A stretch of 63,462 nt of DNA, filler included, from Octopus bimaculoides (GCF_001194135.2; 8 parts of 7 records of this genome joined end to end with filler, not necessarily neighbours in it); one strand, 5' to 3'. Positions 24,760-37,099 are shown, counted from the whole stretch's first letter. Numbers and translations are program-made. Notes: generated by a model from the letters alone, not told the origin.

Positions 24760-25069
24760 GTTCATGGTAGTGTCATTGTAAGCTGTTTGAAGCATGACTA
24801 CTGTTTCGGTCGCCGTTTTCCCCAGCGGAAAACAGAATTTCACGGAAGTACGCTGTCCTTTCGTTTCAGCCATCGTAAAAATCGACGGACAGAGAAGAAG
24901 CACTGCATAACAAGGACGCGCCGCGAGGCAGTATAAGCCCAATGGACGACACCGGTCGTCAAACTAATGACTGAGTTTTGCATCAAGTGGCTTCTAGCGG
25001 CAAAAACCCGAACTAAAAACTGGCTTGTCCTATAGATAAGTTTTCCGGTTACTTTTGGGTACACTCTAG
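24760..25069 (-). mobile_element. Mariner transposon 5' fragment
   Basis: QRTSVKFCFPLGKTATETVVMLQTAY is the mariner transposase HTH N-terminus; TIR-like TA|CTAGAGTGTACCCAAAAGTAACCGGAA abuts (TA)n. Confidence 0.8.
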
Positions 25070-25128
25070 TATATATATATATATNNNNNNNNNNNNNNNN
25101 NNNNNNNNNNNNNNNNNNNNNNNNNNNN

Positions 25129-25140
25129 TTAATTAATTAA
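25129..25140. other. Assembly linker TTAATTAATTAA inside N gaps (also 40284, 44236, 49440, 56628, 59467, 60835)
   Basis: Identical 12-mer with stops in all six frames, always embedded between N runs. Confidence 0.9.
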
Positions 25141-26029
25141 NNNNNNNNNNNNNNNNNNNNNNNNNNNNNNNNNNNNNNNNNNNNTATATATTCATTTAGA
25201 CAGGGAGAGTGAGAGATGTACATATGCACACATACACTCACTTACACGCACAAGCACGTATATATATGTATATGTACACAAACATATAAAAATATATGAA
25301 AGAAGAGAATAATTATTCATGATGAATATGATAGGGACCGAGAACAAGGCCGATGATTTTGGGTAGGGAACATACACTGTGAAGGAATGTAAACATTGTT
25401 TATTGTGTCTATTTGTGCGCTCGCACGCGCGCGTGTGTTTGTGTGCACTCGAGTGTGTATGAGTGTGTGGAGGAGGGTGTCTGCTAGTGTTATTTACTAT
25501 TTGGAGTGGTATTTAAACAAAAGGATAGTTTTCTCTGCTCTCAGATATGCTGTTGATGGACAATGATGATACAAAGAAACGACGGGATAGGTCGGCATTC
25601 AGTAAATTAGACATAAACGTTCCGGTTTGTCTACTTAAGAACTAAGTATTTTACATTCGTCCTCGGAAGTCAAAAAACTCTTAATTTCACAATACAGAGA
25701 CTATGGTAAATCCCATTTTTTCAAAAGCCATCAAAACAAGAGGTTTGACAGCTGGAATCAGCTCAAGATGGCTGTGGTTGGCTAGAGACCACAGGTGGCA
25801 TCTTCCCACAAGCGAAGAAGTCGAGGACAACGACGACACCATTGATGTCGAACTAATGAAGAAGCAGTCTTATTCGTTTTAGCTTTTCGTTTAACTTGAA
25901 AATGAGAGTGAAATGTTTAAAAGAGTAATGTGTACTAATACCATGAAATCGTGTGAATATAGAGTGCATTCGATGTACAGTTATTACTTAAAAATTCATA
26001 GAAAATTAAACTAAACAATTTGGAAATAT

Positions 26030-26325
26030 TCTTTTATTTGTTTCAGTCATTTTGACTGCGGCCATACTGGAGCACCACCTTAAACGGTTTTAGTTGAAGA
26101 AATCAACCTCGGGACTTACTCTTTGTAGGCCTAGTATTTATTCTGTCGGTCTATTTTGCCGAACCTAAGTTACGGGGACTTAAACACACCAGCATCAGTT
26201 GTCAAGTGATAGTGGGGAGACAAACACAGATAAACACACAAGCATATACATATACACGACAGGCTTCTTTCGGTTTCCGTCTACGAAATCCACTCACAAG
26301 ACTTTAGTCGGTCCGAGGCTACTGT
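26030..26325 (-). mobile_element. Family B CORE-SINE lacking the extreme 5' head
   Basis: TGACTGCGGCCATACTGGAGCACC...TAAGTTACGGGGAC...ACGACAGGCTTCTTTCGGTTTCCGTCTAC. Confidence 0.85.
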
Positions 26326-26530
26326 CAAAGAGAGAAGGAGAATGAAGAGACTCACCCTATTTCTGTCATTCCTATAATTCTTATGTGAGCAGGGTTGTTA
26401 TGAGTGGGTGCAATGTATTCATTTAGAGCAATGCCAGTGTATTTTTGAATATCTTTTATTAAATTCTTGTTGTTTGAGTCTATGGCCGTGTACTTAGTGA
26501 TGTCTTGGGAGTGCTGTTCATGTTGTTGGT

Positions 26531-26577
26531 ATGGATTGCTACATGGATTGCTACATGGATTGCTACATGGATTGCTA
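26531..26577. repeat. 12-bp tandem repeat ATGGATTGCTAC x4
   Basis: Read directly from the sequence. Confidence 0.95.
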
Positions 26578-27414
26578 TGTGTTTTCGTTTATTAAGGTAT
26601 TTGTAACGTTAGTGATGTTTGAAGTGTTGAAGATATTTGTAATTAGGACGAAGGTTCTCAACCCATTTTGGCCAAACGCCCCCTTTTGACACTTGGAGTC
26701 ACAAATGTACCCGCCCCCCACAAATATTTTTATTTTTTAATATACTACTTATTTTGATATCAGCAGATAATGATTAAGAAATAAAGGTCGTCGTTTTCTC
26801 TATACGCTTGTGCGCAATCGGGGGAGTACAATTGTACAAATTGAAATCCACAAAAATAGATAAATAAATAAATAAATAAAATAAAATAAACGAAATAATA
26901 AATTATGAATGGAAGTTTGGTAATTGCATTTATTTCCACCTCACGACACTTTTGAGATCAACGTATTGTCTTTCGAAAGAGTGCTCTTTGGTACAAATAA
27001 ATGCTGATGAAATCATTTCAAACCTTTCCGATTTCCCTTATTGAAACGGCTAGAACTTGTGCAACAGTCTGACATATAAGTTATTGTCACTCGGGAAGAT
27101 TTTTTTATGCTCAAGAAAGAGAGTGTATTTGATAGAAATTGTTGAAATATATATGTACATCAGATGAGTAGCAAATTGTGGAGGATGATATTCACTGTAC
27201 CTGGATCTAGATAATCTGAGTCACAAAATCATGCCCCTTTTAAAATGAAGTAAAAAATCAGAAAACTTACCGTATTAAACATTCATTTCTTATTCATTTG
27301 AACCAAACCATTTGAGAAAAAAATTGACGAAAATGTTACAGACGTTTAAAAATCGAAGAACTCTCTATTTCTAGCTTATAATAAACTTTCGTTGTAGCAA
27401 ACGGTGTCAACTTT

Positions 27415-27482
27415 AAGGTTGTACCCTGTGTAAGGCTGTACCCTGTGTAAGGTTGTACCCTGTGTAAGGTTGTACCCTATGT
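27415..27482. repeat. 17-bp tandem repeat AAGGTTGTACCCTGTGT x4
   Basis: Four units; two carry single substitutions. Confidence 0.95.
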
Positions 27483-27840
27483 GACCTGATTATTGTAGGT
27501 GTCTAAATAAAGATGAATACCTTATAAAGCCATGTTATTATTTTTTCTTTGTTATATTAACGTATTTGTCTGTATGTGTTTGGGTAAATTTTTACAAGTG
27601 CACCAGCATTAGCAGGTATTTGCGATAACGGCAGGTCCTTTATCGTAAATAGCCGTTACGTGGCAGCAGGGCGTGTTAGAAATAACAGCCAAATCTTTCC
27701 TTTTCTGGGTACCGGGAAACTTCAAGGTCTTCTCCCGCCCTCCCCCTTTCTTTTCCGAAAAAGAAAAAGTGGCTTGCAACGGGTTTGGTGGTCAGATACA
27801 TTGAATGCACGCGAAAAATCCGAGGTCTTTCTTTTTTTCT

Positions 27841-28054
27841 TCCTGGCCTTACTGACAAACGCTCATTACATCCATTGCGAGTGCACTACCAGGACAAATT
27901 CCCACGAACCACTTTCTTAATCATATTGTGCCTAGATTTACTGCACTTTCTTTTTAAGGATAACACCGTTTTCTTCGAAATAATATGCAGCACCCACCTC
28001 TGTTTTCAATATCTCCGTCAGACTAGTACAGTTAAACGACTTGGATGCAGCCAT
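27841..28054 (-). mobile_element. Probable Merlin (IS1595/ISXO2-like) transposase N-terminal remnant
   Basis: MAASKSFNCTSLTEILKTEVGAAYYFEENGVILK, frameshift, KCSKSRHNM...W*CTRNGCNERLSVRPG fits the CxxC...WRCxxxxC...SIRxG zinc-ribbon pattern. Confidence 0.5.
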
Positions 28055-28901
28055 TCTAGTCTTTTATCAACAAGATGAATACCTTATAAAGTCATGTTTT
28101 TATTTTTTCTTTGTTATATTTATTATAAAAAGTAAACAAACTTAGAAAAACTTCATGAAAAGCAAACAATTATAAAAACACGGAAAAACTTCACGAAATA
28201 TATGTAAAATACTACAAAAATTCACGAAAAATGCTTAAAATAAAGTTTTCACAAAAATAATAACATCGAAACACGTACAGAGAGACAGCATGCAGACGAG
28301 AAGATTTAGCACAGCGAGGCAAAATAGAACATATAAGTTGCTATGGTAACTTGCTGTTAATGTTTCGCTATTTGCTGATTGTCTAAAATTACACAAATTT
28401 TCTAGCTTTGACTCCAAATAACATCAGGTTCTTTAATTGGTTGAATGTATTTGTTTTGATAATGGCGATAGTAGTGGTGGTGGTGGTGGTGGTTGTGCTT
28501 GTGTCGTTTAAAAATATCTCTTGCTCGTCGCTGCTGCTGTTGGTTCTATTGTTGTTGTTATTGCTGTCATGGCTGTTGCTGTATTTGTTGTTGCTGCTGC
28601 TGTCTGTGCTTCGTTTTTCGACCACATCAACTAGTGGTGGGAAAACTATGTCAGAGTGGCTGTTCCCTCGATTTGGGAAGCCATTTTGATATTTCTTGTT
28701 TTAAGTTATTAAATTTTCAATTTTAAATCTCAAAATTTGCCCATAAAAGGATGAATTCGCGTCTAAGCAGCTCATCACTCTTGTAGTGAGTTGAGTTATT
28801 TAGTTCGATGCTCAACAAAATATGGAATACTGGCTAATAAAACGACAAATTTTCAAGAAAACTTACGAGCCACGAACAAGCGTTCTCTTGCTCCAGATAC
28901 A

Positions 28902-28902
<1 letters not shown>

Positions 28903-28949
<47 letters not shown>

Positions 28950-31900
28950 GATAAATTCTTTTATTGGCCACAAGGGATAGTATAAAGATACATTAAAAGA
29001 TATGACAGGACGATACAGAGGGCTTTAGAGCGTATATATAAAATAAAAAGGAAAAAAAAAACAAATAAAATTCCCAATAGGGGAGGCGCTTTAAGGCGAC
29101 TAGTGGAAAAACCCACAAAAGTCACGGGTGCCTGATCAACAGGGCAAGAGCCCTTCTTTAATTTCCTTTTTTCACAGGTGTATGTTCAGAATTGTTCCTT
29201 TCATACTGGTCATTCTTCCGACATTCACTCATCTTTCAGCAAACTTGCTAGAAGACAACACTTCCCTCTCCATACTCACTTTCCTTTTCAAGTGAAACTT
29301 GAAATGTTGATGAGGGTTGGCCAAAGAGGAAAGTGTCTGACTTTAGCCCTTTCAAACGTATGAACCATACTACCTCTTTTGTTACAGCCACCAGACAAAT
29401 GAAAATTGCCTTCTGCTCCCAGTTAAAGGAGGCTAGCGGAGCAATCTTCATTATGGATTCAGCTGATAGCTGGATCCGTCCTACACGCGACAGCAGCTGT
29501 TCCATATAAACCCACAGGTCAGCAATGTTCGGGCACTGGACGAGTGCGTGCAGAACGGTTTCATCGCTCTGAGCACACATCGGGCAGGCCCCGCTGACGG
29601 CACTTCCGTGCCTGTAAAGTTTATCCTGAACGGGCAGCACCCCTCGGTAGCATTGCCAGGCGAGAGATTTCTGGAAGTTATCCATAGGCCCCGACCCGAA
29701 ATTTCTCCGAAACAGACTAGTAAGTTGATCCTCGTCGACGCCTAGAATTTCCCTGAGAACNNNNNNNNNNNNNNNNNNNNNNNNNNNNNNNNNNNNNNNN
29801 NNNNNNNNNNNNNNNNNNNNNNNNNNNNNNNNNNNNNNNNNNNNNNNNNNNNNNNNNNNNNNNNNNNNNNNNNNNNNNNNNNNNNNNNNNNNNNNNNNNN
29901 NNNNNNNNNNNNNNNNNNNNNNNNNNNNNNNNNNNNNNNNNNNNNNNNNNNNNNNNNNNNNNNNNNNNNNNNNNNNNNNNNNNNNNNNNNNNNNNNNNNN
30001 NNNNNNNNNNNNNNNNNNNNNNNNNNNNNNNNNNNNNNNNNNNNNNNNNNNNNNNNNNNNNNNNNNNNNNNNNNNNNNNNNNNNNNNNNNNNNNNNNNNN
30101 NNNNNNNNNNNNNNNNNNNNNNNNNNNNNNNNNNNNNNNNNNNNNNNNNNNNNNNNNNNNNNNNNNNNNNNNNNNNNNNNNNNNNNNNNNNNNNNNNNNN
30201 NNNNNNNNNNNNNNNNNNNNNNNNNNNNNNNNNNNNNNNNNNNNNNNNNNNAATAGATGACGGATGCGATGTACGCATTCGCCACCTCGGCTCGACGTTT
30301 CAGGGACAGCTTTCTCTCGGCCCATTTCTGGGTGAGATTGACCACCTTGCTCGTCACCTCGTCCCAGTTTTTCTCCACTTGGAGGTCCAGACCGAGCCAG
30401 ACCCCAAGCAATTTAACCGGACCGTCGATCTAGCGCCCGACGATGCTGTTGGACAGCATGAACTTGCTTCTCCAGGTGCCGAGTTGCAAGCCCACTGACT
30501 TTTCCGCGTTAATTTTTGCTTCTCTCACCGCTTCATATTCTTTTAATGTGTCGCCAATCAGGTCTACATGCCTCTGGCTCGACAGTATCACGGTGACATC
30601 ATCGACGTAAGCAGATATGCTTCTCTCACACTCTAGATCAAAGCCTCCAACTTCTGCAGCAATGGTTCAAGAGTCAGTACATACAGAAGGGAATTGAGGG
30701 ACCGAGCGCAAAATGCTGAATGGTTCTGAAAGAAGACCATTCACCCGAACAACCGAGCAGATGCCGCTGTACAAAGCAGCGATCCAACCAATGAAGACCG
30801 GACCGAAACAGGCTGCTCTGAGAAAAGCTGCCAAGTATTGATGGTCGACCCTATCGAAAGCTTTAGATTGATCTAAATTGATCAAAGCCTTACCCATGCC
30901 AGCTTCGTCACTCATCTTCTCTATGATGTAGCACATGAGGTGGAGGTTGTTGTGAATAGTCCCGGTTGGGACAGCGCGTGTTTGCGCCTTGCCAATCAGC
31001 TTGTCTACAACAAGCGCCAACCTCTTGGCTAACGCTTTGGCCAAAATCTTCAACTCTACATTGAGTGGAATGTTGGACCTAAAATTCTCTAGAACGTCCA
31101 TCGTGTTTGGGTCCTTTCTCAGCAGTGCCACCACCCTTCGACAAATAAAAGTGGGGATTCTCTCATTTTGTTGCCAGTTGAAGTAGACGTCTGCTAAGAA
31201 GCCCGCAAATAAGTCTGCTATTGAACTATAAAGCTCGTAGGGCAGACCATCCAAACCCGGTGATCAGCTTTTGTGCAGCTTTTCATTGCTTCCTGTACTT
31301 CCCAGGTTGTTATCGGTCTTTCGCAGCACTCTACCTCGCTAGCCGAGTGTCGTGGCAGGCCGTCCAGGTTGACACCAAAGTCGATACCATTATCCGTCTC
31401 ACCACTCGTCCCGAACAGTTGAGCAAAGTGCTGCTGAAAGGCCGCACACATCTGCTTGGGTTCGAACACCTCGCGCCTGTTCTGATCTACCAAAGACCGA
31501 ATGGTCGCTCTGTTGCCTCGTTTTGCCTTCGCCACTCGTACCCATCAAGTGGCTTTAGTCTCCTCCCCCTACTAGTACTAAAGTGCGAGACGTTGCCAAG
31601 AAAACCGCCAGACGCCTGAAATAATCAGACCGCCCTGCACCTGTCGGAGCATATGCAGCCACCAGTCTGAATGCATCGCCGTCACTGCCGTTCACATCTA
31701 GAACCTTCAACTTACCTTCCAGATCCAGGAAGATTGCATTTATTTTCAGATCCAGGCCATTCCGGAAGAACACCGCAGTATCACCACCGCCACCACCCGG
31801 CCGAAACGGAGATAGGAAGATCTCGTATCCACCGAAAAGGGTCATGAGGTCCCACGGGTCGGAAAGCCTGGCTTCACTAATGGCTGCTACGTCTACACCG

Positions 31901-32190
31901 AAGGACCTCAGGTCGTTTAAGAGATGACCTTGTTTCCAAGGCGAATTGAGGCCCCTGGCATTTGTGCAACCTATTCTGAGCACTTCCATACTAAAAATAA
32001 TTATTTAGAACGGAGAAGAGCTCTAATAACTGCTGTTGTCTGATTGTATGCCCCCCTTCTTGTTTGGTGTGGGTGTTTCCGCGAGGTTTTTGCAGAGTCG
32101 TTTACAGAGATTTTTCTGAAACGACGCAACAGCTTCTGGAAAGTTCGTTTTGATGGTTTTATATGCGTGTTGTGTGACTTTTAGAATTTG
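28903..32190 (-). mobile_element. L1-Tx1-clade LINE: ORF1 remnant, APE endonuclease, RT, C-terminal Cys motif, polyA signal and (ATT)n tail
   Basis: ORF 31555-31989 is APE (TNARGL...AISEA...LVAAYAP); ORF 30667-31254 is RT (DGLPYELY, KILAKALAKRL, LDQSKAFDRVDH); 29248-30411 has CPMC...ETVLHALVQC; AATAAA near 28958-28963. Disrupted by frameshifts, a deletion and an N gap. Confidence 0.92.
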
Positions 32191-32339
32191 TATGTGTGGT
32201 GGTGGTGGTACGTTTTTGCGCTAGGAAGACAAAATCTATTGTGATGTCTGTTTTTTCTCTAAGATATGTCTGTGTTGTTTGTGTCTATTGCTGTGAGGTT
32301 GGTAGTGCTTGTGGAGTTCAAGGTATGTGGGCACAAAGG

Positions 32340-32760
32340 AAAATGGCAGAAACATCCAATGTTAATCTTGACCCGCAGAATGTCATGAAAGAGTTAGAAC
32401 CAGCAGAGAGCTACAAATACCTAGGGGTATTTGAAGGTGGTGAGCGAAAGGACCAGAAGAAAATTAACGCAGCGTAAGGGCAATACTCAGGACAGAGCTG
32501 AATGCAAGAAACAGAATCGAAGCGATCAATACTTGATCAATACAGTTTCAATATCATTAACTGGTCAATTACTGAAATATGTAATCTTGACAGAAAAAAT
32601 ATGAAAATTGTTGACAAGAAAAGAGGGTGGCCGTGGACTTTTACAACTGGAATTAACAATGAAGATTGCTACAATTGGCCTAAACACCTACCTGAAAAAC
32701 TCTTATGACTAGATGCTAAAACTTGTCTGAAATAACGAAAACAAGAAAGCATCATACTCA
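32340..32760 (+). mobile_element. R4/Dong-type LINE RT C-terminal fragment
   Basis: KELEPAESYKYLGV; ILRTELNARNRIEAIN; YSFNIINW...LDRK; GRGLLQLELTMKIATIGL. Confidence 0.8.
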
Positions 32761-33435
32761 GTAACAACACAGGCAAAGGAATGTGTGTCTGTTCAAGTTG
32801 TTTATCTGACTATTACTCTGACGAAGGTTGTATGTATATATATATATATGCATATATATATATATATATGTATATNNNNNNNNNNNNNNNNNNNNNNNNN
32901 NNNNNNNNNNNNNNNNNNNNNNNNNNNNNNNNNNNNNNNNNNNNNNNNNNNNNNNNNNNNNNNNNNNNNNNNNNNNNNNNNNNNNNNNNNNNNNNNNNNN
33001 NNNNNNNNNNNNNNNNNNNNNNNNNNNNNNNNNNNNNNNNNNNNNNNNNNNNNNNNNNNNNNNNNNNNNNNNNNNNNNNNNNNNNNNNNNNNNNNNNNNN
33101 NNNNNNNNNNNNNNNNNNNNNNNNNNNNNNNNNNNNNNNNNNNNNNNNNNNNNNNNNNNNNNNNNNNNNNNNNNNNNNNNNNNNNNNNNNNNNNNNNNNN
33201 NNNNNNNNNNNNNNNNNNNNNNNNNNNNNNNNNNNNNNNNNNNNNNNNNNNNNNNNNNNNNNNNNNNNNNNNNNNNNNNNNNNNNNNNNNNNNNNNNNNN
33301 NNNNNNNNNNNNNNNNNNNNNNNNNNNNNAATGCTTTTCTAAATTATTTTCAAGTAAATACCATAACAAAAATTATTTTTGCCATATTTGAAAAACTATC
33401 TTAAAATGAAAATGACTTTAAAAATATGGTAAATA

Positions 33436-33663
33436 TTGGGTTGTTCGGAAAGTTCATGCCGATTTATAGTAGCTTACCTTTCGACTTATTTGCCATGAAA
33501 CCACCTCAATTCTGGGAAGAGGGTATTTTCAAGTTAAAGGAAAGATGAAGACGCATTGTGCAACAAAATGGTTCATATTTGGTTGATTAAAAATGTAATG
33601 GCAAGTATTTATTGACCTTTTTCTTTCCTTTAAAAATCGGCACGAACTTTCCAGACAATCCAA
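33436..33663 (+). mobile_element. Internally deleted mariner (228 bp) with both TIRs and TA duplication
   Basis: 30-bp TIRs with 4 mismatches (TTGGGTTGTTCGGAAAGTTCATGCCGATTT), TA on both sides; internal FAMKPPQFWEEGIFKLKER*RRIVQQNGSYLVD* is the mariner C-terminus. Confidence 0.92.
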
Positions 33664-33998
33664 TATTTCGTAAAAGACGCGTTCGTAACCTCGGTGTGAA
33701 ATAGTTTTTTTTTCCATAGATTTGGCTGCTATTTCTAGCACACCCTGCTCCCACATAACAGTTATTTGCGATAAAGGACCCGAAATACTTGTTACATGGT
33801 AGCAGGGCGTGCAAGAAATAGTAGCCAAATCTTTCGGAAGTAACATTCGTTGAAAACATGCAAAATAACCTGGAAAAGAAAAAAAAAACCCATGAAACAA
33901 AACACCGTTGCTGGGAACTCAGAGTTTCCCGGTGATTCGACCCAACGAGTCAGGGGCAGTCTAGTATTTATATATATATATATGTGTGTGTGTGTGTG

Positions 33999-34034
<36 letters not shown>

Positions 34035-34683
34035 AAAAGAATTTTAATACGAGAAGTTGGAATAAAGGAACGGTTTTATTACAAATCACTACAATTCTTT
34101 CAGCTCATCAGTATTAGCTGGTAGATGCTGAAAGTTACATATATCATTACATATTATTGCATTAACATGATCCAATGATAGCTGTATACATGCATGGCTT
34201 GAGGTGAGTAGAGTCCAAAGTTCATATTTAGATCATATTTAGTTTCTCTCGGTTCTATATCCATACCACTATGATATTACGAAATGGCCTTTCTTTTATG
34301 CGTGTTTTATTAAATACTCGATTATATTGAAGCTTTATCTTTTTTATTTTACACTTTTCATATTCATTAGCTCTCCACAGCTGGTTTGGAAGAGTAGAGT
34401 ACGTAAATCCATATCCGAAGTTTCTGGACCTTCACAACATCATTATCAAGAATTGAATGTATTTGGCGTTTGTATTGTTTTTTTTAAATATATACTGATT
34501 AAATCGGTGTAGACGTTCTCACCATGGTTTTTGAGCGTTAGAATATATTATATATGTAAATGACAGAAGGAGATATGATTTATTTTGTGACCAACTGATT
34601 ATCAATGGAAAATTATATAAAATTTAGTTGTGGATATTCTTTGATTATAAAAGGGGAACAAGAATTAAGTTTCATGCAAATAT

Positions 34684-34929
34684 TCTTTTCTACTCTAGGC
34701 CCAAGGACCCAAATTTTGGGGGAGGGGGCCAGTCGATTAGATCGGCCCCAATACGCAACTGGTACTTAATTTATCAACCCAAAACGCAACTGGTACTTAA
34801 TTTATCAACCCCGAAAGGATGAAAGGCAAAGTCGACCTCGGCGGAATTTGAACTTAGAACGTAAAGACAGACGAAATATCGTTAAGCATTTCGCCCGGTG
34901 TGTTAACGTTTCTGCCAACTTGCCGCCTT
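34684..34929 (-). mobile_element. Family A SINE, full length, with internal 28-bp tandem duplication
   Basis: Reverse complement of 2788-3001; ACGCAACTGGTACTTAATTTATCAACCC at both 34753 and 34784. Confidence 0.9.
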
Positions 34930-35109
34930 AGTTTTATGCAAATATTGATACATAAAAATGGGGCAAACATTCTTGGGAGTCTTCGTTGTCTTCTAGAAAA
35001 CCCAATTTATAAAGATATAAAATAGATGTTGAAGAAATAGATAAAATATATTTTTTATAAGATTTTACAAGAAAGGGTGACAGTGATTTCGAAGTTTCAG
35101 CCTTCGAGC

Positions 35110-35142
<33 letters not shown>

Positions 35143-35311
35143 CATACACACACACACACACACACGCACATACACACATACACACAAATATATATATATA
35201 TATAAATAATCTGCATGCATGTATATATGTATGTATATATGTCCGAGTGCATGTCTTTTTATGAATGCATTATATTTGTATTATAGTGCATTGTCGTACC
35301 ATTAAAAACTT

Positions 35312-35317
35312 TTTATT
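35312..35317 (-). promoter_or_regulatory. Candidate polyadenylation signal for the GPCR
   Basis: AATAAA on the minus strand about 370 nt past the stop; no transcript evidence. Confidence 0.3.
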
Positions 35318-35404
35318 CTTTACAAACAATACACAATGCTTCAAGCGAACTACAATACTCTCCTGCATTTATATATGTATGTAGATAGCATGCGTGTATG
35401 CATA

Positions 35405-35625
<221 letters not shown>

Positions 35626-35684
35626 TGTGTATCTCTTAGATTTTTTGTTAGAGTTTTCGCATCCATTTCGCAGTTTGTTTCAAT

Positions 35685-36914
35685 TTATTTCTGTTTTACT
35701 CCAAACATCTTTTTTATTTCGTCTATAAAATTCTTGTTCCTGCAGCTGTAAATAATGGGATTTGAGCAAGAACTGATGTAAAAACTATGCCGTGCAAACC
35801 AATAGAAAAACAATGCTGCTTTCGGAACCGAGCTTAGTGACTTCACAATAGCATTTACTATCAAGGTAGCGGTGCAAGGCAAATAGGTCACTATAAAGAC
35901 AACTGTAATCATCATCATCGTTATAGTGGTACGTTTTGTCCTCTTGGCTTGTTCTTTTGCTCGTCTTTCGCTGTCCGCTTCCCGTAATTTTGTCATACGA
36001 GGTGCAATGTTTTTCGCATATGCCGTTGATATCTCATCCGAGGAAACTTTCGATGATATTTCGGTAACTGACAATTCAACTACATCCAGAGAAACGCTCG
36101 AGGATAATCGATTAGGATCAATCATTTCTGGTGCATCAAGCCACTTTTGTTGAATGTTATCAGGACAGGGGACGTTTGCAATACTATTCCTATTTTGTTG
36201 GGATATAGCAATTTTTTTTTTATTCATTACCTTCATATGTCGAAGAATTATGGCGTAGAGAACAACAAGAATAACAAACGTAAACACTGCTAGCAGAAAG
36301 TAGAGAGCAAAGAATCCAAGCTGGTAATAGTTAGGCTTCTTGTAGTTTTTTGCTGAGCAGGAATAGCTATAGATACCAGGATAATTAGTCGGTTTCTTGA
36401 TACTTCCATAGTAAAGAAGAGCAATACTTCCCTGTGTTGCACAGAAAATAAAAATACAGGCTGTGATGATTTTAGCAGCTGTCATTGTTATCTGAGACTT
36501 CAGTGGTTGGCATACTTTTCTGTATCTATCCGTTGCAATGGCCAGTAGAAGACCATAGTTACATAGTCCTGTGAATACTGATAAGCTCAAATGGAACTTG
36601 CACAATATATCCCAGGTTGTCATCATAGGGTAAATATTTTGGACAATACGAGCTGGTGTCACACAGGCACATATTATCAAATCAGTACAAGCCAGCATGA
36701 CGACAAACAAATAAGTTGGTGATAATTTCAAACGAAATCCGTAAACGTAAATAGTTAAAATGTTTCCAACGAAACCAATGGTCATTGTTAATGCAATTAG
36801 AATAGTAAACGGAAGTCTTATCAAAACTTGTTGTCTGTTGAGTTCTTCGATGGTGATACTATATTCAGTACTGTTTGTTGTTCCATTCTGCATTGAATAC
36901 ATAAACGACGACAT
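35685..36914 (-). CDS. Rhodopsin-like (class A) GPCR, 409 aa, single coding exon; probable peptide-receptor-like orphan
   Basis: Seven hydrophobic segments with GN (TM1), LACTD (TM2), C...DRY (TM3), ECL2 Cys, FIVTYLP (TM6) and SNPIIY (TM7); N-terminal sequons NGT and NST; long ICL3; uninterrupted frame. Resemblance to the CCK/orexin-like group is an impression, not an orthology call. Confidence 0.95.
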   Translation of the reverse strand: MSSFMYSMQNGTTNSTEYSITIEELNRQQVLIRLPFTILIALTMTIGFVGNILTIYVYGFRLKLSPTYLFVVMLACTDLIICACVTPARIVQNIYPMMTTWDILCKFHLSLSVFTGLCNYGLLLAIATDRYRKVCQPLKSQITMTAAKIITACIFIFCATQGSIALLYYGSIKKPTNYPGIYSYSCSAKNYKKPNYYQLGFFALYFLLAVFTFVILVVLYAIILRHMKVMNKKKIAISQQNRNSIANVPCPDNIQQKWLDAPEMIDPNRLSSSVSLDVVELSVTEISSKVSSDEISTAYAKNIAPRMTKLREADSERRAKEQAKRTKRTTITMMMITVVFIVTYLPCTATLIVNAIVKSLSSVPKAALFFYWFARHSFYISSCSNPIIYSCRNKNFIDEIKKMFGVKQK

Positions 36915-36951
36915 GCTTTCCCGATTTTGGGCTGTGTTTTCTCAGTTCAAT

Positions 36952-36975
36952 CTGAATAAGAAAATATAAGAATAA
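36952..36975 (-). promoter_or_regulatory. 3' splice acceptor upstream of the GPCR coding exon
   Basis: Minus strand TTCTTATATTTTCTTATTCAG|ATTG; the exon would start at 36951, 37 nt before the ATG. Confidence 0.65.
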
Positions 36976-37099
36976 GAAATATTATCCACAAGCTCCATGA
37001 TTACTGTGGTATAGACAAATTTATAATCAAACTCTAGGACTTAAACATACGTATAGCAGAGTAAATATTACTAAAAGAAACTGAACTTACATAGATTTC

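Noticed and set aside
25129-25140. Recurrent TTAATTAATTAA as a biological motif
   Set aside because: Always inside N runs and has stops in six frames, so it is a scaffolding linker.
25703-25882. 59-codon ORF starting MVNPIF, like a GPCR TM7 remnant
   Set aside because: No hydrophobic helix or upstream TM segments; similarity limited to three residues.
27415-27482. Short direct repeats as a CRISPR-like array (also 26531-26577)
   Set aside because: Units are contiguous with no spacers, and the context is eukaryotic.
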